64,000 nucleotides of DNA from NCBI GenBank assembly GCA_000146465.1, contig CP001945.1; one strand, 5' to 3'. Positions 18,053 through 27,617 of the stretch are shown one piece after another (the stretch's first letter is position 1; each line of letters begins with the position of its first letter). The position numbers were made by a program, and so were the translations under genes. The notes beneath the pieces were generated by a model that saw nothing but the letters and a program-made list of their open reading frames with translations, did no database searches and was not told the DNA's origin.

Positions 18053-21000
18053 TTAATTCTCTTCCCACTCTTCCTCTCGATCCCGGTCTTTCCAGAACTT
18101 CGAAAAATGCCCAACTCTGCAAGATCCATCATAGAATCCCTGAGGAGCCCCTATTCTCCATGTGTATTTCAAGCTGTCATCGTAGAATGGTCTTGCAAAG
18201 TTGTAGTTCCACATCTCGGGAATAAGAAAAACCCCCATGTCTCCAGTCAGCACAAATTCCATCTCTTTCCAACCACATTCCTCTTTTTTCATCACCTTTA
18301 TCCTATCATCGATGAGTATGGCTAGTCCGTCAATTATTTTGTACCTTTCATGCAGGAGATCTACAGTTTGGAGGTTGTTTCCATTCATTACCACTCCAAC
18401 AATATTGGACTCAGGAGTAAATAACGAGGAGTGAATCACAGATAATGACGAAAATTGAGGAACAAGCCCAAAGGAGATCGGATCTCCCCCAACCACCAAT
18501 CCAAAGACTAAGACGTGGGGATCCATTATCTCCATGAACTTCCTGACGAGGTTCAAAGGAATCTTCAGGATTTTTCTTTCATCAACTTGGTCTAAGAATT
18601 CTGTTTTACAGTTTCCTTTCTCCAGCATCTCCAAAATCCATCTTTCAAGATCCCCACTTTTGCTCATTCTGTCCAGTTTCACATATCTGCTTCTCCATCC
18701 ATCACTACCTCCAAAAGACACATGTCCTGGCCTGTTGAACACCATTTTACTATTCTTTATCTCTGTGTCTATAACCTTTCCCTCTTCCTCTCGTCCCAAA
18801 CCCGCTTTAAACCCAAACACTATGTCTCTTATCTCATTCTGAGACAAACTAGAAGGCTCTATTCCATAAATAGTACAGTAACTTTCAACTATGAGATCCT
18901 TCAGCTCAATCTCCTTTTTTATCCATTCAGAGTCACTTATCTCAGGCCATATCTCATTAATTCCAAGATCCTTGACTCTTGTTTCATCAACATCCATTCC
19001 GTGCACCACAAGGAGAAGCCTGCAGAAATTCGTAAACCTGCTTGTTTCACGCCACTTCTCATATAGATTAATGCTTCGAACACATTTTTCTTTTTCGAAC
19101 CCTTTGAGTTTCACCAAATTAGAAAATGGTGGTATTGATAGACATGTTTTCACCGATATAGATGGGTGGTCTATACTAAAGTTCTCCATTGCATCCACCA
19201 TGTCTTCAGAGACAACAACACTTCTCTTCTTAAGCTCCTCACCCATCAAAAATATATCTTGGGCTGCAAGAAACCTTATCTGCCGGATCTTTTTGCTCTC
19301 TCCAGAGTAACTTTTGAAATACAGATTTCCACTTCCAGGATCAAAGATAAACAGCATCTTTTCCTTCTTAAGCAATGCCTTGACGTCAACCAGAAGCCCG
19401 GAGTTAAACATCTCCCCACTGTTATTAACCACCTCAACATCGGAAGTGTACAGCTGAAGTGCCTTCCTAAGCCTCTCCCGAAGCACATGAAGCATCGAAT
19501 TCTCCATCAAGATCTTCTCCATCGAGTCTCTTATCACAGTATTTAGCTCTCCATTCAGATTTCCATATGCACTCCATGTATTGTAACAAAGATCGAGAAC
19601 TATGATAAATCCATTCTGGACCGGATATCGAGTCTGAGGATCTCTAACACACTCAGCAAACCTTACCCTTGCATATTTACGGGAATTCCTTTTGTCATAG
19701 TCTCCCCATCTCAGCTGAACATCAATCCACAATCCATCACATCTCTCTCCATCTCCCTCCGTCTCTTCAGAAATACACATAGGAGACTGAACATAGAAAT
19801 CCCCCGACAGAAGGATGTCTGCACAGCTGCTTCCAAACCTGTAACTTTTCTTCCCGTGTACTTCCAGCCTCTTAGTATCACAGTACTTCTTAAACATATC
19901 ACACAAGTCCTTAACAACACTCTCATGGATTCTCTTCCACAGATGGTTTCGGAATATCTGAACAAACGAAATCTTCAACGTCGGTAGCTTTCCGTGCATA
20001 AACACTCCCGTTTGGTCCAATTGAACCTGATATCCAACATATACATTTCCCCTGTTGATAGTTGGTGACCACCACAAGATGAATCTTCTGTTGGGAACTT
20101 GGCTCAACCCCATCTTCTGGGCGTTTGTCAGACGTCTATACCCTCCAGCAACACTGTCCTCCCAAAACACCTTGCTGAAGCTTCTGAAATACGTCGCCCC
20201 AAACAGCGTGTGGTCTGCAATCCCTTCAAGCCCTCCAAGGACTTTTAAAACATCTGCTGTGAATCCCTCCATACTCCATAGCTTCCCATCATGCCTTGCA
20301 TCTGTAAACCAAAACCATTCGGGATTGCTTGAATATTTCTTAAACATGCTAATAATCCTAAATCCCCTGTCATACAGTAGCCATCTACTTCTTTGAAGAA
20401 GAGTACTCATTCGTGGAATCCCCTTTTCAGGTTCTATCTTTCCACTCCTCCCATACTCCGTCCACACTCTGCTTGACTCAGAAAACTCATCGTCCCATCG
20501 GGATGTATAGTCCAGAATCCCTGGAATGGTCTTATGCTTCTCTTCCTCCATGTCCGAAACATCTTCCTGAAAAAGCCGGACTCCTCCAGCACTTAGCATC
20601 CCTAGTCCTCCCATCTCCTTAGGTGCATAGAACATAACAGGTGGAAACCTCACCGGCATCTTCGAGTTTATTCCTTTCTTCACAACATTCTGTATCATAC
20701 ATTCAGCTTTTCTAAGCCTCTCCTCCAGCCCCTGAGTGTCACAGATGCACTCTCTGTAGTACATTGTAAACGAAAGAATCTGTGTATTCCATCTTGTTGC
20801 CACCTTGAGAAATGTGGCAGATCCACTCGTGTTCACAATATGCATTATATTACTTTCAAACATTTCTACACTCTTGTCACTCACAGCCAAGTTTGCATAC
20901 ATCCCATTCTCAAGCTTCCATGAGCTTCTTTCATGGATCTTCTTTGAAGAAATCATCACATCAATTCCCCCCATCGAGAACTTAACACCTGGGAATATAC

Positions 21001-24000
21001 TACATCCTCGGAATCTGATTCTCCCTAAAGAAGGTAATAGTCTCGTCGCAACCTCGGCATGAACACACTTCTCTAAAAGTTTCAGTCTCTCCCTGCCATT
21101 GCTACTATCAAATTCCTCAGTCTCTTCATCATAAAGATTCCCACAAATCCCATCGAAGTAGTTTCCTCTTCGATCTTTCATCACATCTTCAAACCATTCA
21201 GTTCCCTTTCCATAGTCAGAGAGTAAGGCGCTTTCTTCCTCTTTCTTTAGTTTAAAAAGGATGTAGACATCGTCCATATGCCTAAAGTACAGCTTTATGC
21301 TACTTTTCTCGTCCATGAAAACATCTTCTCCTAAAACACACAGGTCGATGATAAACGAATAAAACTTATATACAAACGCAGAAAGCTGAAATCCTTTGAT
21401 AAACCCAACATGGTTGGTGTACCTCATATCCTTGTAGAAAACTAAGCAGTTGTTTCTGCTTATGATGTAATCCGCCAAAGTAGGGTCCAAAACAAGCTTC
21501 AGCAGCTTCGAAAGGAGGTTGTTATCTATCATCTTCATAATCCCCGAGTATTTTCCCTCGTAAAGTACAACTCTTTCCCCATCTACTCCACTGAATGATG
21601 AAATTTTCTCGCATAAGTCCATCAGGGCCTTTAAGTCCATCTCGTCTCCAGGCTTGATAAACTCAGGGAAGATGTTGAGCCTCTCGGATTCGTAGAACAG
21701 GTATGCACAAAGAAATGCATCCACAAGCCTCTCCATGTACGATACATGGTAGTATTCAATTCCCCCGCTTCCATATCTCTTTAGAGTAACAGAAACCTCT
21801 TTGAACGATCTTTGAGTAAGCAATGACTTTTTTATCTTGAAAATGGTGTCGGCAGAGTCCTCCAGCGCCTTGTCGAAAAACTCGCATTCCTCGGCCGTTG
21901 CATTCTTCTTAAGCCTGTCCACTGCAATGCTCAAGAACTTCTCCTCATTCTTCTCAGGAAACAATATCTTCCCTGTTCCTTTGCTCCTGAAGTATTCCGC
22001 AGAAAGCTTGTAGATAGCAACAGCCTCTGCTGCTTTGAGAAACGGCTGGCTCAAATACTCCGCTTGCTCAGCCATCCGTTCCTTCATATATAGCCTTGTA
22101 ATCTTTCCAAGACGCTTCTTCTCTCCCTTTTTACTCTTCTCTCCCCCGTTAATCGCACTCTCAATATACCATCCAGACCTCAGCCGAACGTATCTGTCTA
22201 TTATCCCCTGCAATTCAAAAAGTTCCTTCTGATGCTTGACTCCTGCCATTTTCCCCTGCTCCTGTATATTCAACACAAAGTTATCTGAAAATGTAACCAC
22301 ACTCTGCTTAGAAGATATCGTTGTATTTCCCTCCCCCTCTTGGAGAGTATCAACCATAGGCCTGATAGCCTCCAGGTTTACAATCGTAGTCTCTGAAGTT
22401 CCTTTCAGGCCCTCTTGCTCAAGAGATAAAGAAGCACTTCTTCTTATTCCTAGTTCCTTGATGTGCTCATGTACAATATGGTAGGGAACATTTGCCTTCC
22501 AACATCTCCACGCTTCACTAAAATGCTGGAGAAGCCTCCTTACTTGTGTCGGATGGAGCACAGACGAAACTTCGGCCATAATCTGCCTCTTTAGTGCAAC
22601 ATCATATCCACTCTCGCTTCGTTGCTTCGATAGAGGCTTTGGATTATAGTCCCTTCCTTCCGCAATCCTTGTAACCAGCCCAGAAATATATCTTCCAAGC
22701 AACGGAATGTGTCCCCGGAACATAAAGCACCACGTCCTCCACTGCTCTCCCCATCCTTTAAATCCTATGTAATCCGAAAGCCTCTTCCATGACTTGCATT
22801 GCTTGATCTGCTTCATAAGCTTATACTTGTACCTGTATATTCCTGTCAGAACCCCAACATTGTTAAGCACATGATCTACATTCGCCATCAGTTCATATCC
22901 GTCAATGTTTCCTTGTCTAAACAGAACGTGGATATCCACAAGATGCTTCACAAGCTTAAGCATTTCTCTTGTTAGATGATAAGATGTTCCGACTCGGGAC
23001 TTCTTTCTTTCTTTTGTCGTCAGTTGCCGAATAGGCTTCAAATTGAAGTTCCAGTCAAGAATGAGATAGCTAAGCTTCTTCCTTCTCAACACTTCGCTAA
23101 GCATCCTGTGCCCTTGATACACCAATTGGAGCCCCGCCTCAACCCAGTCTATCTCTGTCCTTTGGAAATATCTTGTATTTTTCAGCTTCTTAAGAATGTG
23201 GCTAGGAGGCCTCTTCTTTGTCTTCTTCTCTGTGATCCTTGCATAGTTCCTGAGAAGGTTTCGGACCTTGGGACCCTCGTCCGTCCTTTCTCTCAAGCAC
23301 TCCCCTTTCAGCAATGGGATGTCGGCCGGATGTCTTTCCTTTTTTCTCCTGCCATCCTCTCTCTTCTCCCTTCTAAATGGACTTATAGCATCCAAATGAG
23401 TTTTTTCCAAAACTTGTACCCTTGTACTTCTGTTGTAAAGATAAGGATAAGCTATCCTTTCGAGCCCAGGCTCCCTCTCCATTATATTCACATCATTTCC
23501 ACTCCTCTCAGTAACATAAGGCCCATTCTCAAGCTGCACACCTACATGCCTGCTTATCAAGAATGCTTTGCAATTAAACAGATATCCCTCGTCCACATCT
23601 CTAAAGTCTTCCTTCCACTTTATGTTGTCTTGACTCCCAATAGCAGTTGGAACAGGGAGGCCAATTATACTTCCATAGTCCACTACTGGTTCGTCGTCAT
23701 CAAACACAGGGTATCTCAGAACACGTACAAGTCCTCTTTTTCTTTCCTCTGAAGAAAACAACATACTTGCATGGCTCCATCTATTCTTGTACTCTTCTAC
23801 ATCTACTCTCCTCTTCTCTGTGACAAAGGTCACCAGCCCAGAAACATGGTATACAACATCCACATATCTGATCGACTCCCATGGCATTGGCATCGACCTC
23901 ACAAGATTATGAAGTGCATACGGCATGTACCTCATTGCTCCCATGAAGGAAGGATGCATGTCTTTTGATGTCCTTATTATTCTTCGAAGATGTTCTGGCG

Positions 24001-24031
24001 GCATCCTTTCCTTTCTAACACTAGAAGGCAT
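18053..24031 (-). CDS. PRP8: Pre-mRNA-processing-splicing factor 8 (Prp8), reduced to 1992 aa
   Basis: N-terminus MPPEHLRRIIRTSKDMHPSFMGAMRYMPYALHNLVRSMPMPWESIRYVDVVYHVSGLVTFV is the Prp8 N-terminal domain. It is co-linear through the RT-like, RNase H-like and Jab1/MPN regions. Single ORF; ATG verified. Confidence 0.9.
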   Translation of the reverse strand: MPSSVRKERMPPEHLRRIIRTSKDMHPSFMGAMRYMPYALHNLVRSMPMPWESIRYVDVVYHVSGLVTFVTEKRRVDVEEYKNRWSHASMLFSSEERKRGLVRVLRYPVFDDDEPVVDYGSIIGLPVPTAIGSQDNIKWKEDFRDVDEGYLFNCKAFLISRHVGVQLENGPYVTERSGNDVNIMEREPGLERIAYPYLYNRSTRVQVLEKTHLDAISPFRREKREDGRRKKERHPADIPLLKGECLRERTDEGPKVRNLLRNYARITEKKTKKRPPSHILKKLKNTRYFQRTEIDWVEAGLQLVYQGHRMLSEVLRRKKLSYLILDWNFNLKPIRQLTTKERKKSRVGTSYHLTREMLKLVKHLVDIHVLFRQGNIDGYELMANVDHVLNNVGVLTGIYRYKYKLMKQIKQCKSWKRLSDYIGFKGWGEQWRTWCFMFRGHIPLLGRYISGLVTRIAEGRDYNPKPLSKQRSESGYDVALKRQIMAEVSSVLHPTQVRRLLQHFSEAWRCWKANVPYHIVHEHIKELGIRRSASLSLEQEGLKGTSETTIVNLEAIRPMVDTLQEGEGNTTISSKQSVVTFSDNFVLNIQEQGKMAGVKHQKELFELQGIIDRYVRLRSGWYIESAINGGEKSKKGEKKRLGKITRLYMKERMAEQAEYLSQPFLKAAEAVAIYKLSAEYFRSKGTGKILFPEKNEEKFLSIAVDRLKKNATAEECEFFDKALEDSADTIFKIKKSLLTQRSFKEVSVTLKRYGSGGIEYYHVSYMERLVDAFLCAYLFYESERLNIFPEFIKPGDEMDLKALMDLCEKISSFSGVDGERVVLYEGKYSGIMKMIDNNLLSKLLKLVLDPTLADYIISRNNCLVFYKDMRYTNHVGFIKGFQLSAFVYKFYSFIIDLCVLGEDVFMDEKSSIKLYFRHMDDVYILFKLKKEEESALLSDYGKGTEWFEDVMKDRRGNYFDGICGNLYDEETEEFDSSNGRERLKLLEKCVHAEVATRLLPSLGRIRFRGCSIFPGVKFSMGGIDVMISSKKIHERSSWKLENGMYANLAVSDKSVEMFESNIMHIVNTSGSATFLKVATRWNTQILSFTMYYRECICDTQGLEERLRKAECMIQNVVKKGINSKMPVRFPPVMFYAPKEMGGLGMLSAGGVRLFQEDVSDMEEEKHKTIPGILDYTSRWDDEFSESSRVWTEYGRSGKIEPEKGIPRMSTLLQRSRWLLYDRGFRIISMFKKYSSNPEWFWFTDARHDGKLWSMEGFTADVLKVLGGLEGIADHTLFGATYFRSFSKVFWEDSVAGGYRRLTNAQKMGLSQVPNRRFILWWSPTINRGNVYVGYQVQLDQTGVFMHGKLPTLKISFVQIFRNHLWKRIHESVVKDLCDMFKKYCDTKRLEVHGKKSYRFGSSCADILLSGDFYVQSPMCISEETEGDGERCDGLWIDVQLRWGDYDKRNSRKYARVRFAECVRDPQTRYPVQNGFIIVLDLCYNTWSAYGNLNGELNTVIRDSMEKILMENSMLHVLRERLRKALQLYTSDVEVVNNSGEMFNSGLLVDVKALLKKEKMLFIFDPGSGNLYFKSYSGESKKIRQIRFLAAQDIFLMGEELKKRSVVVSEDMVDAMENFSIDHPSISVKTCLSIPPFSNLVKLKGFEKEKCVRSINLYEKWRETSRFTNFCRLLLVVHGMDVDETRVKDLGINEIWPEISDSEWIKKEIELKDLIVESYCTIYGIEPSSLSQNEIRDIVFGFKAGLGREEEGKVIDTEIKNSKMVFNRPGHVSFGGSDGWRSRYVKLDRMSKSGDLERWILEMLEKGNCKTEFLDQVDERKILKIPLNLVRKFMEIMDPHVLVFGLVVGGDPISFGLVPQFSSLSVIHSSLFTPESNIVGVVMNGNNLQTVDLLHERYKIIDGLAILIDDRIKVMKKEECGWKEMEFVLTGDMGVFLIPEMWNYNFARPFYDDSLKYTWRIGAPQGFYDGSCRVGHFSKFWKDRDREEEWEEN

Positions 24032-24121
24032 CCTAGGGCAAATACTCGATGTCCAAATACTCCCTGCAAAAAGGCATTTGGGATTTTGAATTGGTTCTTC
24101 GTCTTCCCTCAGTAGAGGGGC

Positions 24122-25159
24122 ATGGAGGCCAGGTCATTGTCGACAACAACAGAAAAGCTGGTTGTCTCCAGAGCAATAGATATATATGGAGTAGCAGACG
24201 AGGATTCGGTAACAAAGTACATCACAGCAATGTATGGGTACATCCACCCAAACAGATGGAAGACAATCTACCAGGAGGTGCTTGACACATGTGCAAAACA
24301 TGGATACTCGTCTCCTGTTGATTTCTGTGAGGACCTGAGACTTGATGTTGCAAGGAAGATGTACATGGAGAAGGCATTGCTCTATAACAGGCTTTTGGAG
24401 GGAGAGGAGGTGGAATGGCCTGAACAGCACATGGAACACGACTGGAACATTGGAGACATCGAGAAAATAGATGAGCTTTCCAAAGGGTCTGAGGACATTC
24501 TTGACAAGAGACTCCTGTATCCTACTGTAGACCCGCGAATCATAAAGCAGCATGTGGAGGCCATGAGTAAGTGGCAGAGTAGAGCTGAAGAAAGTCGAAA
24601 TGGAGTAGGCAAGGCCGAGGAAAAGAAAAAAGAGTATGGGATAGAGGACAAAGAAAGAAGAAGATTTTATCATAGAATGTCTAATGAAGAGAAGGAACTT
24701 GACGATTTCTTGGACAGAATAGAAGAAGAACACTACAACATGCCACAAAGTGGTGTTGCCCCAAACAGACTAAGAGAAAAATATCCCATCCTAAAGGCTT
24801 CTCCAATAGGAAGCGGATATCCGGGATTCCGAATGGAAGGATCTGATGTTTCTCTAGAAAACCAGTACAGAGCAGTTGTAAAGAAAATCCTGGGAAAAAC
24901 CATGCATGGGAGTAATGATAGGCAATGGAGACAGGAACTCCGAATTATCGTGCAATATCACATGAGAAGAATAGGAATGGTTAACGAGATTGAAAAGGTG
25001 AATGCATTGATAGACAGTAGCACTATGTCACACACGCTAATGAACATCTTGATGCTTCTCCAGGAGCTGGTCGAAAGGCCAAGAAACCAAGAGCTGGTCC
25101 AGGACTACCTATTTTTCAAAAAGGATATTCTTATGTTTGGTAATTACTACAGAAAATGA
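24122..25159 (+). CDS. Hypothetical protein (345 aa, charged, possibly nuclear)
   Basis: ATG ORF with compact spacing to its neighbours. No motif I can assign. Confidence 0.4.
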   Translation: MEARSLSTTTEKLVVSRAIDIYGVADEDSVTKYITAMYGYIHPNRWKTIYQEVLDTCAKHGYSSPVDFCEDLRLDVARKMYMEKALLYNRLLEGEEVEWPEQHMEHDWNIGDIEKIDELSKGSEDILDKRLLYPTVDPRIIKQHVEAMSKWQSRAEESRNGVGKAEEKKKEYGIEDKERRRFYHRMSNEEKELDDFLDRIEEEHYNMPQSGVAPNRLREKYPILKASPIGSGYPGFRMEGSDVSLENQYRAVVKKILGKTMHGSNDRQWRQELRIIVQYHMRRIGMVNEIEKVNALIDSSTMSHTLMNILMLLQELVERPRNQELVQDYLFFKKDILMFGNYYRK

Positions 25160-25233
25160 TCAGCTTTCGTATCCTGGACAGACACTTACCAATTAAAAAT
25201 TCCATTGAAAGCCTAAACTTTATTCGTTGCTTC

Positions 25234-25980
25234 TCATTTGACTATGGTATCCACTATGGCTCTTCTTCGAGCCTCCAAGTCCTGGTCTCCACTGAGGTCA
25301 AACACGCTTTCAATCACAGTCATCTCGACATTGGTCGTTTTCACTCCTGCAACACACATCCAATCATTGATGGCAACCCCTCCCCCAATGCAAGGGCTTC
25401 CTCCATTGACTGTCCCTGCAATCACATTCACCTCGAGAAGCTCACTAAGCTCCTTTTGGCACTCTTGACTCGTGAGGGGATGAACAAGCATTCCTTGGTT
25501 GTTCAATGCACCAAAGGTTCCCACAAGTGGCTCTTGGCCTATATTGTGTCGGTAGACAGGAACCTGTAGAACATCTTTGATAATGTCTTCCGACTCTCCA
25601 TCCAGATCTCCATGTATGATTGCAACATGGTCGTTGCAGAGAACTACATTTCCAAGGGCATTCAGTCTCTCTTCAATCCGCCTCACTACAACATTCTCCG
25701 GCAATGTGTTTCTTATGTGCATAATCTCCTGGTCTGTTATCGTGTGTGGCACAAGTAATCCATGTCTGTTTCCCCTGCATTGCGACCCTACACTTCTAAT
25801 GCTATTGATCGTTGTTTCCACAATCGGGATTGCAACAGTCTCCTGCAGAAACTTGAGTACATTGTTTGACTGACTTCTTCCAACCACACAGTATGTGTTG
25901 GTAAGTGATATGTATGCTCCTATCTCAGAGCTTCCTTCAAAATCTATTCTGTACGACATGGGCCCCTGAGAATTTTTCAT
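25234..25980 (-). CDS. TIF6: Translation initiation factor 6 (eIF6)
   Basis: SYRIDFEGSSEIGAYISLTNTYCVVG...AIPIVETTINSIRSVGSQCRGNRHGLLVP..TDQEIMHIRNTLPENVVV.RIEERLNALGNVVLCNDHVAIIHGDLD matches eIF6 almost motif for motif. Two in-frame ATGs (25980 and 25959); the second aligns with the canonical N-terminus. Confidence 0.9.
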   Translation of the reverse strand: MKNSQGPMSYRIDFEGSSEIGAYISLTNTYCVVGRSQSNNVLKFLQETVAIPIVETTINSIRSVGSQCRGNRHGLLVPHTITDQEIMHIRNTLPENVVVRRIEERLNALGNVVLCNDHVAIIHGDLDGESEDIIKDVLQVPVYRHNIGQEPLVGTFGALNNQGMLVHPLTSQECQKELSELLEVNVIAGTVNGGSPCIGGGVAINDWMCVAGVKTTNVEMTVIESVFDLSGDQDLEARRRAIVDTIVK

Positions 25981-26021
25981 TTTCCACTCTCCAGATAACT
26001 TCTTCCAGAGTCTACCTCTTG

Positions 26022-26267
26022 TCAGCTTTCGGCTATACTTTTAATGTTGTTACATCTAATTGTAACCTCCCCAACCATTGCTTCGCTCTCTCCATCCTTC
26101 TCTATGCATTTGTCCAGAAGTATATTGAAGTAGTTGTCCGACGTGACAAGAACCCCTTCATAGACCTGCCCCCACTTTAACGTAACAGAAACATTCTTGT
26201 CTCTTATCCTGTGAAGAAATTGCTTCGGATTCTCCCTGGAAGGCTTTCCGCCATAGGACTCTTCCAT
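26022..26267 (-). CDS. Sm-like protein (SmF/LSm6-like)
   Basis: PKQFLHRIRDKNVSVTLKWGQVYEGVLVTSDNYFNILLDKC...GEVTIRCNNIKSI shows the Sm1-Sm2 pattern (PxxFL...V.V.LKwG..Y.G.LvS.D.YMNl.L...GevlIRCNNv). Confidence 0.7.
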   Translation of the reverse strand: MEESYGGKPSRENPKQFLHRIRDKNVSVTLKWGQVYEGVLVTSDNYFNILLDKCIEKDGESEAMVGEVTIRCNNIKSIAES

Positions 26268-26365
26268 CTTGTAGGGTCCTCAGGGATTTGAATAAACATC
26301 GTACTAGATCCTTACAAAACTCATTTATTAGACAACTTTTCCACAGAGAGTTTAATCAGGAAACA

Positions 26366-26935
26366 TTAGATTCGAGATCCTTTCTTCGGAGCAAACATGG
26401 CTTTGGTTGTATGCAACTTGGCAAGTCCTATGATGACATACATAATCGGAATTGCAAACATAATGTATAGACCATTCCGAATTCTTTTTGCCTCTGCAAT
26501 ATTGTTTTCTTGGATTGTTTTCAGACGTGTATTCGTCCTGTACAAAGACATGAGTTTGGCCTCCAAATCAAGAAACAAATTCTTAATTGCCAGGTTGTCA
26601 TTGTCAACATCTCCAGACGACATGACATCTGTGTATATGCTTATAGAAGCCTTCTCAAACCCATCATTGAAGACTTCAATTCGATAGGCCCCAGGAGTTG
26701 TGTACTTGGCATTAACACTCTCTATAAGCTCTTCCTTGAACTCACTGTCATCGTCAACCTCTCCAGGCTTGATTATCTTGTAGTACACAAGCGCGTCGGA
26801 ATATTGGTTCAACTGGATTGTAAGTTCCACATCCTTGCTATCAAGAATTGCCCAGTACACCTCCTTGTCTCCAGGCCTTAGGATCTTCTGGATCCTAGAA
26901 CACATTGCAAAAGAAACAATCCAGAAGAATAGCAT
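26366..26935 (-). CDS. p24/emp24 (GOLD-domain) cargo receptor
   Basis: Signal peptide, GOLD-like beta region, a coiled-coil segment, a TM helix (LYIMFAIPIMYVIIGL) and a short cytosolic tail. Confidence 0.7.
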   Translation of the reverse strand: MLFFWIVSFAMCSRIQKILRPGDKEVYWAILDSKDVELTIQLNQYSDALVYYKIIKPGEVDDDSEFKEELIESVNAKYTTPGAYRIEVFNDGFEKASISIYTDVMSSGDVDNDNLAIKNLFLDLEAKLMSLYRTNTRLKTIQENNIAEAKRIRNGLYIMFAIPIMYVIIGLAKLHTTKAMFAPKKGSRI

Positions 26936-26997
26936 GGGTTAGGTCTTCTCTTTGCTTTTTCAAACCAAGCCTCTAGTTGGCTAAAACAAAACACCCC

Positions 26998-27552
26998 ATG
27001 GGATCAGGTGCCAGCACAATCCCAGGCGATACAGAAGAAGATGCCAGACAATTCTCCCACTTCCCCTCAAAAGATATCCAGGAATGGTCTTCCTCGTTCA
27101 GATCAGAATATCCTGGCGGGCTTATGACACCGAAGGATTTGGAGGAAATCTTCAGGAGTTTTTTCCCCTTTGGATCTCCCACAAACTTCTCTAGGAGGCT
27201 TTTCGAAACAATCAACATAGGCCAGACCACAGCCATCGATTTTCACGAACTTCTGATTGCATACAGTATACTGATAAAGGGAAGCGACCATGAAAAACTA
27301 CGGTGGATATTTAGGTTTTATGACAAGGACAATGATGGTCTTGTATCTAAGGAAGAAATGGTCGAGGTTGTCCAGTATCTAGCAGATATGACATCGCACA
27401 CCCTCGATGTCTCCATAGATTCAGAAGGAATAGTAGAGGAGATATTCACTTCTGTTGGAGGTTCCAAGAGCTTCCTTACCTTCGAGGACTTCAAGGCACT
27501 TTCAACAAAGAATGAAAAGCTATTTAAGATGCTAACCCCATTCTCCGAATAA
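26998..27552 (+). CDS. Neuronal calcium sensor/frequenin-family EF-hand protein with N-myristoylation motif
   Basis: FFPFGSPTNFSRRLFETIN matches FFPFGDPTKFATFVFNVFD. KLRWIFRFYDKDNDGLVSKEEMVEVV matches [26 protein letters not shown]. The track start is TTG; the first ATG gives MGSGAS (MGxxxS myristoylation consensus). Confidence 0.75.
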   Translation: MGSGASTIPGDTEEDARQFSHFPSKDIQEWSSSFRSEYPGGLMTPKDLEEIFRSFFPFGSPTNFSRRLFETINIGQTTAIDFHELLIAYSILIKGSDHEKLRWIFRFYDKDNDGLVSKEEMVEVVQYLADMTSHTLDVSIDSEGIVEEIFTSVGGSKSFLTFEDFKALSTKNEKLFKMLTPFSE

Positions 27553-27617
27553 CAGAGAAATAAGACCACCAATCCATTACTAAATATATTATACCAATGC
27601 AATGTGCTTTAATGTAA

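Noticed and set aside
18500-23800. Many 60-260-aa ORFs on the + strand opposite Prp8 (for example 22976-23752, 258 aa)
   Set aside because: They are antisense to a 6 kb conserved gene and rich in S/L/F/P low-complexity sequence with no motifs. This is typical of spurious antisense ORFs.
24134-24748. 204-aa minus-strand ORF opposite the hypothetical gene 24122-25159
   Set aside because: Overlaps a longer ATG-initiated ORF that is spaced correctly relative to its neighbours. The antisense ORF is hydrophobic and low-complexity with no family.
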